Shown: positions 40,778 to 53,932 of the stretch, in pieces
How positions within the stretch are numbered: position 1 is the stretch's first letter
How the letters are laid out: each line of letters begins with the position of its first letter
Assembly: GCA_951406725.2 (NCBI GenBank)
Contig: OX597823.1
Location: 15,438,001 to 15,502,000, forward strand
Source: Octopus vulgaris
Taxonomy: Eukaryota
Reading direction: 5' to 3'
DNA: 64,000 nucleotides
Program-made: the position numbers and the translations under genes
Notes under the pieces: model-generated
What the model was told of the DNA's origin: nothing
Seen by the model: the letters and a program-made list of their open reading frames with translations, nothing else
Database searches by the model: none

Positions 40778-41600
40778 ACCTGAAGATGGAGAGAAATTTC
40801 CTGAGAATGTGGGCGGTTGATGTCAACACAATTTTTTTGAGTCTCATAGATTGTTGGCTACCCAGTGATCTGATCATAAAATTTGTCAGTACCTTTCTTC
40901 ATCATTCTCAGGGTACCTAAAAAACAAGGATGGTTTTGGTTTTTAATTGCCACGACTTAGATATCTCAATCTCAAGATCCTTATATTTTGACAGTTTTTC
41001 ATATTCTTTCGCTGTGACATCGTCATCAAAGACCCAAGTTAAAGAAAACATTCCTGTTAATTGATATGACAGTGCCTACAGATCTTATGTCTTATGTCTT
41101 TGATGACGATGTCTGGTCAGCTATCATTTATTTGCTTGTCTGTATTTATCCCATAATCCCATAGGATTGTAACATTCTCTCCCTCAGTAACTGGCTCTGG
41201 ATGGTACTTATGCCAGTTCTTAGGTTGCGGGATATCATAGTGACGACATATGCTCCAGTGCAAGTACTGGCCCACTCGATTATGCCTGGTTTTATATTCT
41301 GTAGGGACAAGGACTGAGCAGTCAATAATAATGTGGTTAATACTCCCATGTTTGTCACTGCAGTCTACACTTTGTGTCTACCTCATTGTGCGTTATATTA
41401 GCTTGACAGTTTCGGGTGAAAAGATTTTCATCTTGTGCCGCTGGAATAAATCCTTCTACTTCAGCTTTCAAACCAGTTCTCTACAACCACAGATGAGTTC
41501 TTCTCATATCTGCATCAGCTTTCCAAGCTCATTTGGTACATTGCCCATGCAATGGTTTTTCTTGCCACATTCTCGAAATATCCTCTTTCGTTATTCTAAG
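40778..41600 (-). pseudogene. R4/Dong-type RLE LINE C-terminal fragment with an internal inversion
   Basis: LKAEVEGFIPAAQD, INHIIIDC..EYKTRHNRVGQYLHWSIC, ILWDY, PDIVIKD, KEYEKLSKYKDLEIEI, TAHILRKFL; the FLLIDMTVPTD piece lies on the + strand at about 41016-41085. Confidence 0.8.
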
Positions 41601-41801
41601 ATCTGACAGTAATTGTTTCCTTATACTTCGCTGACGAGGTCTAATAATACCGAAACAAGCCTAGATTGACATCTTATTGCAAAGGTTTACGTGTTTAATA
41701 AATGTTAGTTTATATAATTCCTGGTTTGTCTTGATGTTCATTTTTGTTGGGGAGTTTTCTCTCATCGCTAAGAATATAATATTAATGATAATTTTTGCTT
41801 C

Positions 41802-42258
41802 TGTATATGGAGTATAACGACACCCTGCTTACTGCTGTATTTCAGGTAATATAATAGCTCAGAAGGTATTAGGAGTAAAATGCCATTATAATTATAGCTG
41901 TGTTCTCACAATCTATCTTAGAGGGGGAAAAAAACTGCTCTTTCCGATTTCGTTTTAATGATATTTTCTCAATCTCAGGCGTGGTTCATCTAATTTTAGA
42001 GCATTATTTATACAATGTAGAGAGGTTTGACAACTATTTCTAGCAGATCGGACAGCTGCTGTTCAATCTTCTAAAAATAGTAGCCAAAACCACCGAACTA
42101 TGTAAAAAAGAAAATGACAGGGTGATCTTGGATGGAACGCTATTGGTCATACATAGACTTGCATGATCAGAATTGTCTTGGGAATAAATAGCAATAACAA
42201 TAAAAGAAATACTTTTCACACTGCTCTTAAATTGGCGGAGTCTTTGTAGTGTAAATAT
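41802..42258. repeat. ~460-bp sequence duplicated at 46414-46879
   Basis: High-identity direct copies TGTATATGGAGTATAACGACACC...GTCTTTGTAGTGTAAATAT. Confidence 0.9.
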
Positions 42259-42667
42259 TTCGTCCACGGTGTCATTTCGATAAAGTTCAATTATAAATTA
42301 TTCATATTCTTCATCGTCTCTTGTCCAAATGTCCTTAAGAGTTACCTCCCTTGCTAAACGAGTAGATTTCGAAAATAATTGTCACTGCTTATTTTATTGA
42401 ATGTTAAGCATAAAATGATTCGAATGTGTAATGAATTATTCTGCCATAGAGAAAAGGTTAAACATTTTGGGGAAAGCCACGATTCTTTTTATATTTATTT
42501 TGTTTTGTTTTTTATGTACTGTTTGAATTTTACAATAAACATTTTCGGATAAAGGAGCCAGACCAAGATTTTCCTTTTCGAATTTAGAAAAGTGTTTGTT
42601 GTCTCTCTTAATTTTGAGCTTTTCGTTAATGTGCAGAATGGATGAATTATGTTAGTATTCTTACATA

Positions 42668-43050
42668 GGCGCAGGAGTGGCTGTGTGGTAAGTAGCTTGT
42701 TTACCAACCACATGGTTCCGGGTTCAGTTCCACTGCGTGGCACCTTGGGCAAGTGTCTTCTACTATAGCCTCGGGCCGACCAAAGCCTTGTGAGTGGATT
42801 TGGTAGACGGAAACTGAAAGAAGCCCGTCGTATATATGTATATATATATATATATATATATGCGTGTGTGTCTGTGTTTGTCCCCGTAGCATTGCTTGAC
42901 AACCGATGCTGGTGTGTTTATGTCTCCGTTACTTAGCGGTTCGGCAAAAGAGCCGATAGAATAAGTACTGGGCTTACAAAGAATAAGTCCCGGGGTCGAG
43001 TTGCTCGATTAAAGGCGGTGCTCCAGCATGGCCGCAGTAAAAAGAGAGAA
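42668..43050 (+). mobile_element. SINE family A
   Basis: Family A head and body. Confidence 0.85.
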
Positions 43051-43265
43051 AGAGCAAATTCCGTCGAGGTCGACTTTGCCTTTCCTCTTTTCGGGGTTCA
43101 ATGAAATAAGTACCGGATGAGCACTAAGTCAACAAGTCCTCTTCAATAATCAATTAGTCCTCTTCCCCAAATATCAGACCTTGTACCTTTGGTGGAGGAG
43201 AATTCTTATATGAATAGTTGGGTAATCTTTCAGTTTAGAGTGTTTAAAAAAAGTAAATAGAAATG

Positions 43266-43523
43266 AGGCCTAGCTGACGGCATTTACCCTCACGAAGTGA
43301 TTGTGCGCCAGGAGAACTTTGTAAGTCCCACAAATGAGGACGTCCACGCGTAAAATGTGAAGAATATATGGATGCGAGTGAAAAGAATATTACGGCGACA
43401 ATTTGGAACGTCGGACAATTTATTTGTGTCATATATACACGAATTCATATGGAGGAATTCTGTTCCAAAAAAAGAGACTTTCGTTCACTTTTTGGTGGTT
43501 ATAGTCCAGGTCTATGTTGTTTA
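43266..43523 (+). pseudogene. Merlin/IS1595-type transposase C-terminal relic
   Basis: HEVIVRQENFVSPTNEDVHA*NVKNIWMRVKRILRRQFGTSDNLFVSYIHEFIWRN matches H..NFVDP...HTQ.IE..W...K....GTS....SYL.EF.WR. Confidence 0.7.
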
Positions 43524-43753
43524 AAAGTTGACTTATTCCCCCCTTGTTATCTCCCCTTTCATTTTCATTTATTTTTTTTAAAACGCCTTAAACTGAAAGA
43601 TTACCGAACAGTTGTATATAAATGTTTGTACATAACTGCTGCTATGATCGGATATTTTTCGCTTATATTTTTTTCGTAAACACACCAACACCGGTTGTCA
43701 AGCGGTGCTAAGGAACAAACACACACATACACACACTCACACATATATATATA

Positions 43754-43789
<36 letters not shown>

Positions 43790-43791
<2 letters not shown>

Positions 43792-43996
43792 CTCTTTTCT
43801 CTCTCTTTTACTTGTTTCAGTCATTTGACTGCGGCCATGCTGGAGCACCGCCTTTAATCGAGCAACTCGACCCCGGTACTTATTCTTTTGTAAGCCCAGT
43901 ACTTATTCTATCGGTCTCTTTTTGACATAAACACACCAGCATCAGTTGTCAAGCAATGCTAGGCGGACTAACACAGGCACACAAATACACACACGC

Positions 43997-44027
<31 letters not shown>

Positions 44028-44192
44028 TACGACGGGCTTCTTTCAGTTTCCGTCTACCAAATCCACTCACAAGGCTTTGGTCAGCCTGAGGCTATAGTAG
44101 AAGACACTTGCCCAAGGCGCCACGCAGTGGGACTAAACCCGGAACCATATGGTTGGTAAACAAGCTACTTACCACACAGCCACTCCTGCACC
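43790..44192 (-). mobile_element. SINE family A
   Basis: Reverse complement of family A. Confidence 0.85.
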
Positions 44193-44414
44193 TACATATA
44201 TATATATATAAAACAAGCTTCTTTCAGTTTCTGTCAACCAAATCCACTTGCAAATCTTTGGTCGGCCCAGAGCTATAGCAGAAAACACGTGCCTAACATG
44301 ACAAACAGTGGCACTGAACCCAGAGATATATGGACTGGGAAGCAAACTTCTTACCATGCAGCCACACCTGCACCTTGATTTATCTTTTATTTTACTTTTA
44401 TTTTATTCCTTCAA

Positions 44415-44968
44415 TACTGTGCCCAGGATATTAATCATCTGGAAACCGTTCAGCGACGTGCAACCAAAAGAATACCCTCCATCAGGCATTTGCCATATTC
44501 TGAACGCCTTACTTCCCTGGGCATGGATACATTGAAAATCCGACGTCTGGCAGCTGACTTGGCAGACACCCATAAAATTATTAACCATTTTACTAACAAT
44601 AACCCTGAGCACCTTTTCAAACTCCACCCGTCTAACACCCGTGGACATATTTACAAAGTAAGAAAACAGCACAGCTCCCATGACTTTCAGAAACATTTTT
44701 TCATGCTGTGGGTTGCTGAAGCATGGAACAAACTGCCGGCATCAGTTGTTAGTTGTCAGAGCACTGCATCCTTCAAAACTTCCATGCTTTCTGAGATTCG
44801 CCAACACTACACCTGATTTTCTCCCCTCCATACACAAACAAGGCATGTATCTGACTCATACATTGTTCGCTTTCCAGACATTTGAACATTACTGCATGTA
44901 CTTTATATGCACTGTCTGACAAGTTGTGGTGCACCTGAGCACTGTATACAATAATTTCATTATTATTT
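44415..44968 (+). mobile_element. CR1-type LINE 3' fragment, sister of 38385-39340
   Basis: MPYSERLTSLGMDTLKIRRLAADL...WNKLP; 3' UTR ends CAATAATTTCATTATT. Confidence 0.85.
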
Positions 44969-45285
44969 TTTTATTTTCATCCCTATTACAACCATCCACC
45001 AACTGTTCCTAACTCACCATTGGTTTACTCACCATTCCCAAATCAGCAACCCTGCAGCTAAGAACCTTTATTTCATCTTACCTTCAAGATCATCCCATAA
45101 TAAAAATTACCTTGAAATTTTTTACTGGTGCAACCCACCTGAAGATGAACCATATCTCATGTGCCCCACTTCTTAAAAAAAAATGCCCAATTTATCCATT
45201 TCTACTTCCAAATGCACACCACCAATTGTGACTCCTTCTCCAATGATTCCAAGTTTATTTATTCCCATTGAATTCTTATACCAGT

Positions 45286-45598
45286 CATCATCATCATCAC
45301 CATTTAACGTCCGTTTTCCGCGCTAGCACAGGTTGGACGGTTCGACTGGGGTCTGGGAAGCCAGGGGCTGCTCCAGGCTCCAGTCTGATCTGGCAGAGTT
45401 TCTACGGCTGGATGCCCTTCCTAACGCCAACCACTCTGCGAGTGTAGTGGGTGCTTTTTACGTGCCACCGGCACAGGTGCCAGGTGGGGTCCGGCATTGG
45501 CCATGATCGGTTGGAGCTTTTAACGTGCCAGCAGCACGGAAGCCAGCCAAGGCGGCGCTGGCAACGTTCGGATGGTGCTTTTTATGTGCCACCGGCAC
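45286..45598 (-). mobile_element. RTE-type 3' end with (GAT)n tail
   Basis: (CAT)n followed by TTTAACGTCCG...GGATGCCCTTCCTAACGCC. Confidence 0.7.
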
Positions 45599-45698
45599 CT
45601 TATTTCATTCACTGATACAAAAACATTCTAACACCTTATTTCATTCGCTTATACAAAAACATTCTAACACCTTATTTCATTCGCTTATACAAAAACAT
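45596..45698. repeat. 36-bp tandem repeat, about 3 copies
   Basis: CACCTTATTTCATTC(A/G)CT.ATACAAAAACATTCTAA. Confidence 0.9.
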
Positions 45699-47584
45699 CC
45701 TTTCAGCCCTTCTCTTCTATCTCTCCCTGCCTTCTTTCTTTTTCTTTCTCCTCGCTTTTTTTTTTTTTTTACCTCCTTTCCACTCGACCATCTTGCCCTG
45801 CAACAGGAATCCTCTGCGCATGTGCATATGTATTCCGACATTTCTTCAATTGCATCTTATCTGAGGAACCTATGTACTCACGGGCAAAATTCAGCGTAAC
45901 AAGAAACTCAGTCAACACACACACACACACACAGACATGCAGTTATATTTACTCGTGTATGAGACACACTATTTAAACATGATTTCAACTGTGAACATTA
46001 GGAGTGCAACCTGAAACACGAGTGAATATGGTATGTAGATCTCTGTGTGAAACACACGATTCAGAAATGCCCTATGACATCATCAACAATATAACAATCC
46101 GAGTCCATCTTTTAAACATACAGGTGTGTTAATGTCTATCACCACAACACCTCCCCTTTTGCGATTAACTTCTGTTGGAAGTGAATTTTTTTTCTTTTCT
46201 ACACCATATTTCTCTTTTTGAGATTTACTTCCATTTGAAACTTAATATTTTTACCGTTTTGGAACTACCTCCAACAATTCCCTACATTTTCTTTTTCTTG
46301 TACTGTTACACCTTGGTTCGATGATTTCATGTGGAGTCAGCACAGTAAAAATATCGTACAGAACTTCTACAGGTACTTCTTTCCTCGTAACCCTTTCTCC
46401 AGCAACCCTTCTTTGTATATGGAGTATAACGACACCCTGCTTACTGCTGTATTTCAGGTAATATAATAGCTCAGAAGGTATTAGGAGTAAAATGCCATTA
46501 TAATTATAGCTGTGTTCTCACAATCAGTGATAATCTATCTTAGAGGGGGGAAAAAACTGCTCTTTCCGATTTCGTTTTAATGATATTTTCTCAATCTCAG
46601 GCGTGGTTCATCTCATTTTAGAGCATTATTTATACAATGTAGAGAGGTTTGACAACTATTTCTAGCAGATCGGACAGCTGCAGTTCAATCTTCTAAAAAT
46701 AGTAAGCCAAACCACCGAACTATATAAAAAGAAAATGATAGGGTGATCTTGGATGGAACGCTATTGGTCATACATAGACTTGCATGATCAGAATTGTCTT
46801 GGGGATAAATAGCAATGACAATAAAAGAAATATTTTTCACACTGCTCTTACATTGGCGGAGTCTTTGTAGTGTAAATATGTCTTTTATGTTCCCATTTCG
46901 TACCTTTCACCATGTACATCATTTTACCGACCCATTTGATTATTTTGCCATCTTCCCAAAACTTCTTTTCCATTTCTGTGAACTCTGAAAAACACCTTAT
47001 CACCACTTTTAAAATACTTGGTCATATTTTGAGTGTTTTCCTTAGATTTTAATTTTACTCACCAAAAACACAAGATTCAAAAACGCCCTTTGACATCATC
47101 AGCATTATAACAATCCGACGAATCCATCTTTTAAACACAAGACATTATTAAATACCTCATTCACTGACATAGTCCACCTAAGACTACAAAATCCAGTGTA
47201 TCCTTCCTCTTTTTTAAGATGATGTAAGATTTCGTTACAGTTCTTAACAGATTGAGTGAGCATATAAAGGTCAACTCATTGATGAGTTATTGACACATTG
47301 AACAGAGGCTGTTGTACATAGTCTTGCACTCTGTTACTATGAGCAGCAGTCTCCTCTGTAAGGTGGTTAGCTACAGAATTTCTTCATTGGTCTCATGAAG
47401 ACAGTAATAATGAAAGAATATAGAGTAGACATTAATTAAAAGCAGTAAGATTACCTTTATAGAATTAACAATTTTCTCAAATAACCTTACCATTTTAAAA
47501 AAGGAAGCAATAAGTAGGTCATGATTTCAATTACAATTCTGCTCAATCAGGAATGTCAATCAAGAATGTAATAATCTATAGAAC

Positions 47585-47970
47585 GTGGTGGCGCAATGGC
47601 CCAGTGGTTAGGGCAGCGGACTCGCGGTCGTAGGATCGCGGTTTCGATTCCCAGACCGGGCGTTGTGAGTGTTTATTGAGCGAAAACACCTAAAGCTCCA
47701 CGAGGCTCTGGCAGGGGATGGTGGTGATCTCTGCTGTACTCTTTCACCACAACTTTCTCTCACTCTTACTTCCTGTTTCTGTTGTACCTGTATTTCAAAG
47801 GGCCGGCCTTGTCACTCTCTGTGTCACGCTGAATATCCCCGAGAACTACGTTAAGGGTACACGTGTCTGTGGAGTACTCAGCCACTTACACGTTAATTTC
47901 ACGAGCAGGCTGTTCCGTTGATTCGGATCAACCGGAACCCTCATCGTCGTAACCGACGGAGTGCTTCTAC
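47585..47970 (+). mobile_element. SINE family B
   Basis: Near-identical to 35464-35849; AATCTATAGA repeated on both flanks. Confidence 0.9.
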
Positions 47971-48719
47971 AATCTATAGATCACATGAATGGAATAAATT
48001 GTACATAATACTATTACTGCAGAAATCAGATATATCTGCTCAAAAATTTCATTACCCTTAAATGCTGAAAACAGTTTTATATACCAAAATATCTTGTGTT
48101 GAGAAATATCACGTCTGGAACTATTTTTACTTGAAATGTCAAGTTTATAATGAGGCAACGTGACTTGCAGAAAATACCAATTCTATTTCGTGGTAGAACA
48201 ACCATGAAATTTCACTTCAAGCGAAAGGGTTACAAATGTATCTTCAGTCTTCCTGTAAAACAATTTTAAAAATCAACATCATCATCATCATTGTCATTTC
48301 AACAACCACTAGCAGAATCAGACAGAATTTGTTGAGGCAGATTTTATACAGCTAGATGCTCTTCCTGTTGCCAACCTTCACCTGTTTTCAAGTAAAGTAG
48401 TGTTTCTCCAAAGCGGATATGTTTTTATGGAAGGTTGGAAACAAAGGGGGCTGCTTGTTTCATTTTGATGCTCATTTACAACTTTCAAGTGATACCAAAG
48501 ACACCCCTTCATGTGCACACAAGCACACACATTAAATGTTAGAAAAAGAGAGAGAGTTCTTTCAGATTACGTGTACCAAATCCACTCAAAACTTTGGTCA
48601 ACCCAGAGCTATAGTAGGTGACACTTACCCAATCTTCCACCCATTACGATTGAACTCAAAACCACATGGTTGGGAAACAAACTTCGTAACCATGAAAGTA
48701 TACCGGCACCTAAGAAAAT

Positions 48720-49385
48720 GGATCTTTACCTTTTGACTGATAGATTTAAAAAATAATTTTTTGTAACTAAACACTTTCAAACTTCGTATACTTGTGGAAT
48801 GTGTCACATAAAACATCTTTTACTCTTGGCGTTGTTGAGAAAATTCTGTATTTTAGAAGTTATTTCTTGTTAAAGTTGTCGTATTTCAGTAATTTCAACC
48901 AATCAATGACGTGTATTCAGCTGAATAAAATTACTGCCATTGTTTGTCAACAACAACTATCGGCAGTGTATTTTTCGTTTGTCACTGTTATTTATGACAT
49001 TGTTTGTGTGTTTGTACTGGTTTGTGTAAGGTTTTAGGTTTTAGGGTTAGGTTTTAGGTTAGGGTTAGGTTTTAGGGTTAGGGTTAAGGTTTTAGGGTTA
49101 GGGTTGTCATAAATAACAGTGACAAACGAAATATACACCGCCGGAAGTTCTTGTTGACAAACAACAGCAGTAAATTTTATTCAGCTGAATACACGTCATT
49201 GATTGGTTGAAATTACCGAAATACTATAAATTTAACGTGAAATAACTTCCTAAATATAAGCTTTTCTCAAAAACGCCAAGTGTAAAAGATGTTTCATATG
49301 ACACATTCTACCAGTGTCCGAAGTTTGAAAGTGTTTAGTTACAAAAAATTATTTATTAACTCTGTCGGTCAAAAGGTAAAGATCC
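48720..49385. mobile_element. Merlin-type MITE with a telomere-like core
   Basis: TIRs of about 280 bp, GGATCTTTACCTTTTGAC...GTCAAAAGGTAAAGATCC; 8-bp TSD AAGAAAAT (48712-48719, 49386-49393); central TTAGGG/TTTTAGG repeats. Confidence 0.8.
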
Positions 49386-49531
49386 AAGAAAATTTTTTTT
49401 ATCTTAAGGGATTGCAATAAATGGGTTTCATGAGTATCAGCATATCAGTCAGACTATTTATATAATAATCAAAATCTTGAATAAATTATAAGTGATGTCA
49501 GTTTGGTAATTAGTGGAGAAAAATTACATAA

Positions 49532-49795
49532 AACTCTATTCCTGGCACCAGTAGGCGAGAAAGATATGCCATAATAAAGCACCCAAGGACTACACTTTGG
49601 CACGGAGTGGTACACAAATGGCGTTAGGAAGGGCATCCAGCTGTAGTGCCAAACTCCATTGCCAGATAAGACTGTGAGCCTGGTGAGGCCCACAGCCTTC
49701 TGGCTTCCCAGATCCCATGGTCAGATGTCTTTAAAGTAGGAACCCATGCTAGCATGGAAAACGGACGTTAAACGATGATGATGATGATGATGATG
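49532..49795 (+). mobile_element. RTE-type 3' end with a 65-bp flanking direct repeat
   Basis: 49467-49531 is identical to 49796-49860; (GAT)n tail. Confidence 0.8.
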
Positions 49796-52700
49796 AATCA
49801 AAATCTTGAATAAATTATAAGTGATGTCAGTTTGGTAATTAGTGGAGAAAAATTACATAACACACCACAGAGTCTATGTACAAATTAATTATTTTCAAAA
49901 CTGTGGCGAGATTTTAGCTTTTTGCTTCTAATTGACTACAAATTCCTTCATTGCCTCATACTGGATAATGTAGACCCCCACCGATTACCAAAAGGTAATG
50001 GTGACCATGGATGGAATGCCTTCTATTATATAGACTTGCAAGATCAAGGCTGACTTGGGATTAAACGACAAATTAATCTTATGCAAATGAACTTGCATAT
50101 TCATTTTTAATTATTTTCCATCAGATTATGGTGGCAAGCTGGCAGAATTGTTAGCATGCTGGGCAAAATGCTTAGCAGCATTTCATCTGTCTTTACGTTC
50201 TGAGTGCAAATTCCGCCAAGGTTGACTTTGACTTTCATCTTGCCAGGGTCTCAATAAAATAATGTAATCGACTCATTCCTTCTCCTGAACTTGCTGGCCC
50301 TGTGCTAAAATTTGAAATCATTATGTTCTATCAGATTCGAATGTCAATACGCTGTAAATATTTATTTCATCGGAGCAGAACTACTTCTTTCAGAAGAATC
50401 AGGGTTCTTAATACACTTGAAGGCGTTGAGCTGGCAGAAACATTAGCACACCGGACGAAATGCTTAGCGGTAATTCATCTGTCTTTACGTTCTGAGTTCA
50501 AATTCCGCCGAGGTCAACTTTACCGTTCATCCTTTTGGAAACAATAAATTAAGTACCAGTTGCATACTGGGGTCAATCTAATCAACTGGCCCCCTCCCCA
50601 AAAATTTAGGGCCTTGTGCCTTGAATAGAAAAAGCAAAATCCTTTGTACAAATGAATCAAGTGTACTATGAACACATATTCTTCACAAGGGAGTTGTTCT
50701 GTGAGAAAACACAACAGTGATTAGTATATTCACATTTAAATCTACTGGAATGTATTAAGAATACATATGCAAGCTATCATTTTGATGTTTGCTGTTCATT
50801 GTGCATATGACAATTTATAAATAAATTTCATATAATTACACTAAAATTTATGAAACCCAATTTCAGATACACGTTCTCTTTCAAGGTTATGCCCTCAAAA
50901 TTGTTTTTATTGCAAGTTTAGAAATGCATTCTTATAACATTAACTATGAGAATAATTTAGAAGAGAATGGATATAGCACACACAATTACTATGAGCTTGA
51001 TATGATTAATAGCCTGATGAATATAAAGCAAATAGTAGCTAAATCCATTGCGAGAACCAAGCAGGCTATTTAGTTATGGCAGGGGAGACAACTTTCGGAA
51101 TTAGTTTGCTAATATGGTGGCAATTCTGGATACCAACCTGCTTGAGACAGCGCCTGGTTCAATGAACAAACTTCATATTTTAAAGTGATCTAAACTAAAA
51201 CCTGCCATCAAAATTTCATGTTAATGTATGCTCTAAGCGGCAGCTTCATAATGATAAAATTATTTTCTCAAATTCTTCATTTAAAAACTTAACAGAAATA
51301 AAAGCAGAAATATTTTAGGCATATTAGACGTTGTCAGTGTAAGATAAATCTACCAATGACTGCTGGACCTTAGATGACTACAGAAGAAGTATACAAGATT
51401 TGGGTGTTATATGAATGAGTGAAGAGAAATGTAGAAAAGTACCTAGAGACGCCTGCTGCGTGAAACACAAATAGTAAAGTGAGATTCAACATAATTAAAA
51501 TAGTGAACCAAGAAATTTTAATTGAATTCACAACTGGAGTGAGAACAATGCTTGATTTAAACTGTTTATCCAACAATAGGTTACAAGCCCCCCCACTCGG
51601 AGGTTAGTAAGATATCCAATAATAAATTAAAAAAAATTAAAAAAACACAATTGCTCAAATTTTTTAAATTGCTTACAATGATCTTTATGGACTTTTTTTT
51701 AAAAAATAAAACCGAAAAATTCTTTGACAGAAACAGATTCCATATAATTTTTTTTTTTCTTATACAAAACATCAAAATATATAAAAAAAAAAAATCAGTT
51801 TTATTTATATATTTATTTATTTATTTTTATCTTTCCGCAGCAAAATTTGTTTTAAGAACAATATAAACCATACTGAATTTTTTTTTTTCCATTATCATGT
51901 ACATTATGAGTCTCTTGACCATTATTTTTGTTAAAATATCTACATGTTTAAGAAATAGCAAAGCTATTTGAAAAGACAATAAAAATGCACACCAAGTACC
52001 ATTATTACACATTGGTTTCTAGACTATAAACCTAAATCGTTTTTTTTTTTTTTTCTTCTTCAAAACTGTGACAATAGAAACATGATTTAAGATTGAGTAT
52101 CACCAGGAATTAGAGAAATAAACAATGTTAGTATATTTATATCAGTGTTTTCCAACCCTTTTTCTTGTTGTTGTTGTTTCGTTTTGTTTGTTTGTTTTTT
52201 TATTTAATTTTTTTTTTTTTTTTTTTACCCTCAAAGATGGCACAGACAAATCATCTTAGAAATGTAAAAACACCTAAAATATAACCAAGATAAAGGTGCA
52301 ATACAACTGAACTGACCACATAGTCATGAGTCCAAACTTCCCCACCATTCTTTGTATGGTGACCCTAGGCATAGGCACACTTAACTTTGCTTGCATCAGT
52401 CTACCTAATTGACAACAAATTCCAATTCTTCTTTCTGGGGAGCAGAAGGAAGAGCTGTATAAAATTGTAAAGTATTTTAAGCGAGCTTGGTGAGAAACTA
52501 CCTGAGTTTCATGTTCAGAGAAAGATATTTGACTAAGCTTAGCTCAAGCTGTTGCCAGAAGAAAGTAACAAAATTTTCAGCTTTCTTTGAACATGAAACT
52601 TATGCTGTTTGTCACCAAACTCTTAAGATACTGCATGTAAAATATAATTCTCAAATGCACTGAATGCTTTAATTTGCTGAACCTGTCAAAAAATGAGCTC

Positions 52701-53420
52701 TGTGTGAGTGTACGTCTGAGTGTACATGTGTGTGCACACATGCATGCACATGATTGTGCACAGTTATGTCCATCCAGTTGACTGATAATTTCACCAAATA
52801 TGCAAACATCTTAATTTGTGAATTTATAGCAAGAAAAAAATTTAGGTATTTTAAAAAATTAATTTGTTTACTTCTAGGTCAGTTCTACTGAGGAAAAAAA
52901 GCCTTCTAATGCAGTTATAGCTGACCAAAGGGAATAGTTAATGGTAGCGTCAATGTGTGGCCATTTTTATTTTTATTTTGCAGCATAATGTCTTAAGAGG
53001 TAGGAGCCTAATGTTAAAGATGGTACAGGGAGTTAGTTGAGGGGTCAGGTGACTAATCAGAACTTCCTTCATGTTTTATCAATGCTATGAAAGGGTTAGT
53101 ATTTGTAAATCTTAACATATAACATTGCCAACAGCACCCAGGTTGAATTACACTGATTTAAATAATTGAATTAAATTTATTTTTTTTTAATTCTATAGCC
53201 TAACTAGAATTATTTTTTAACAATAACAACAAATTTATTAAAAAGAAATTAAATTAGAAAAAAAATCAAATTAACTCTTGAGAAAATAAATAATCAACCA
53301 AAATGGATTTATATTCCAAATGCCAAGATGTCATGATATTGACAAATGGTTTATTTATTAACAGAAAAACATCTTTTAAATAATTCACAAAGATTTCTAA
53401 AAACTGAAAAGAATTAAAAA

Positions 53421-53476
<56 letters not shown>

Positions 53477-53877
53477 TATATATGTTTGAATGCATTTTTA
53501 TCCTCATTATCATCATTATTATTCTAGCATTGGTAAACTAATATTCACATACTTTTTCTTTTAGAAAGCCAAGAGAAAAAAAAACATTTGCAATTAATAA
53601 CTATTGGAATGTCAACATTTTCAAAAAAAAATATTTTATGGATCTTTCTCATTAAAAAAAAAAAACATGAGGAACAGTGGACTGACCTAACTGGGTTGAA
53701 TATTCATCAAGAAATAGGTCTAGAGCGATGAGACTTTTTTTTGTTTTTTTTTTAAGAAAGAGCACAGAAAGAAAAGAGGGTGGAGTATACATATTTACAT
53801 ATGACGGAGGAATTTATGCAGTAGCCATAAAAAAATTTACATTCAGATATTCACAAATACTGCAGTGGATAAAAATA

Positions 53878-53932
<55 letters not shown>

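Noticed and set aside
45596-45698. CRISPR-like 36-bp repeats
   Set aside because: The units are contiguous with no spacers, there are no cas genes, and the context is eukaryotic
49027-49105. True telomere or chromosome fusion site
   Set aside because: Short, degenerate, single orientation, and enclosed by MITE TIRs with a TSD
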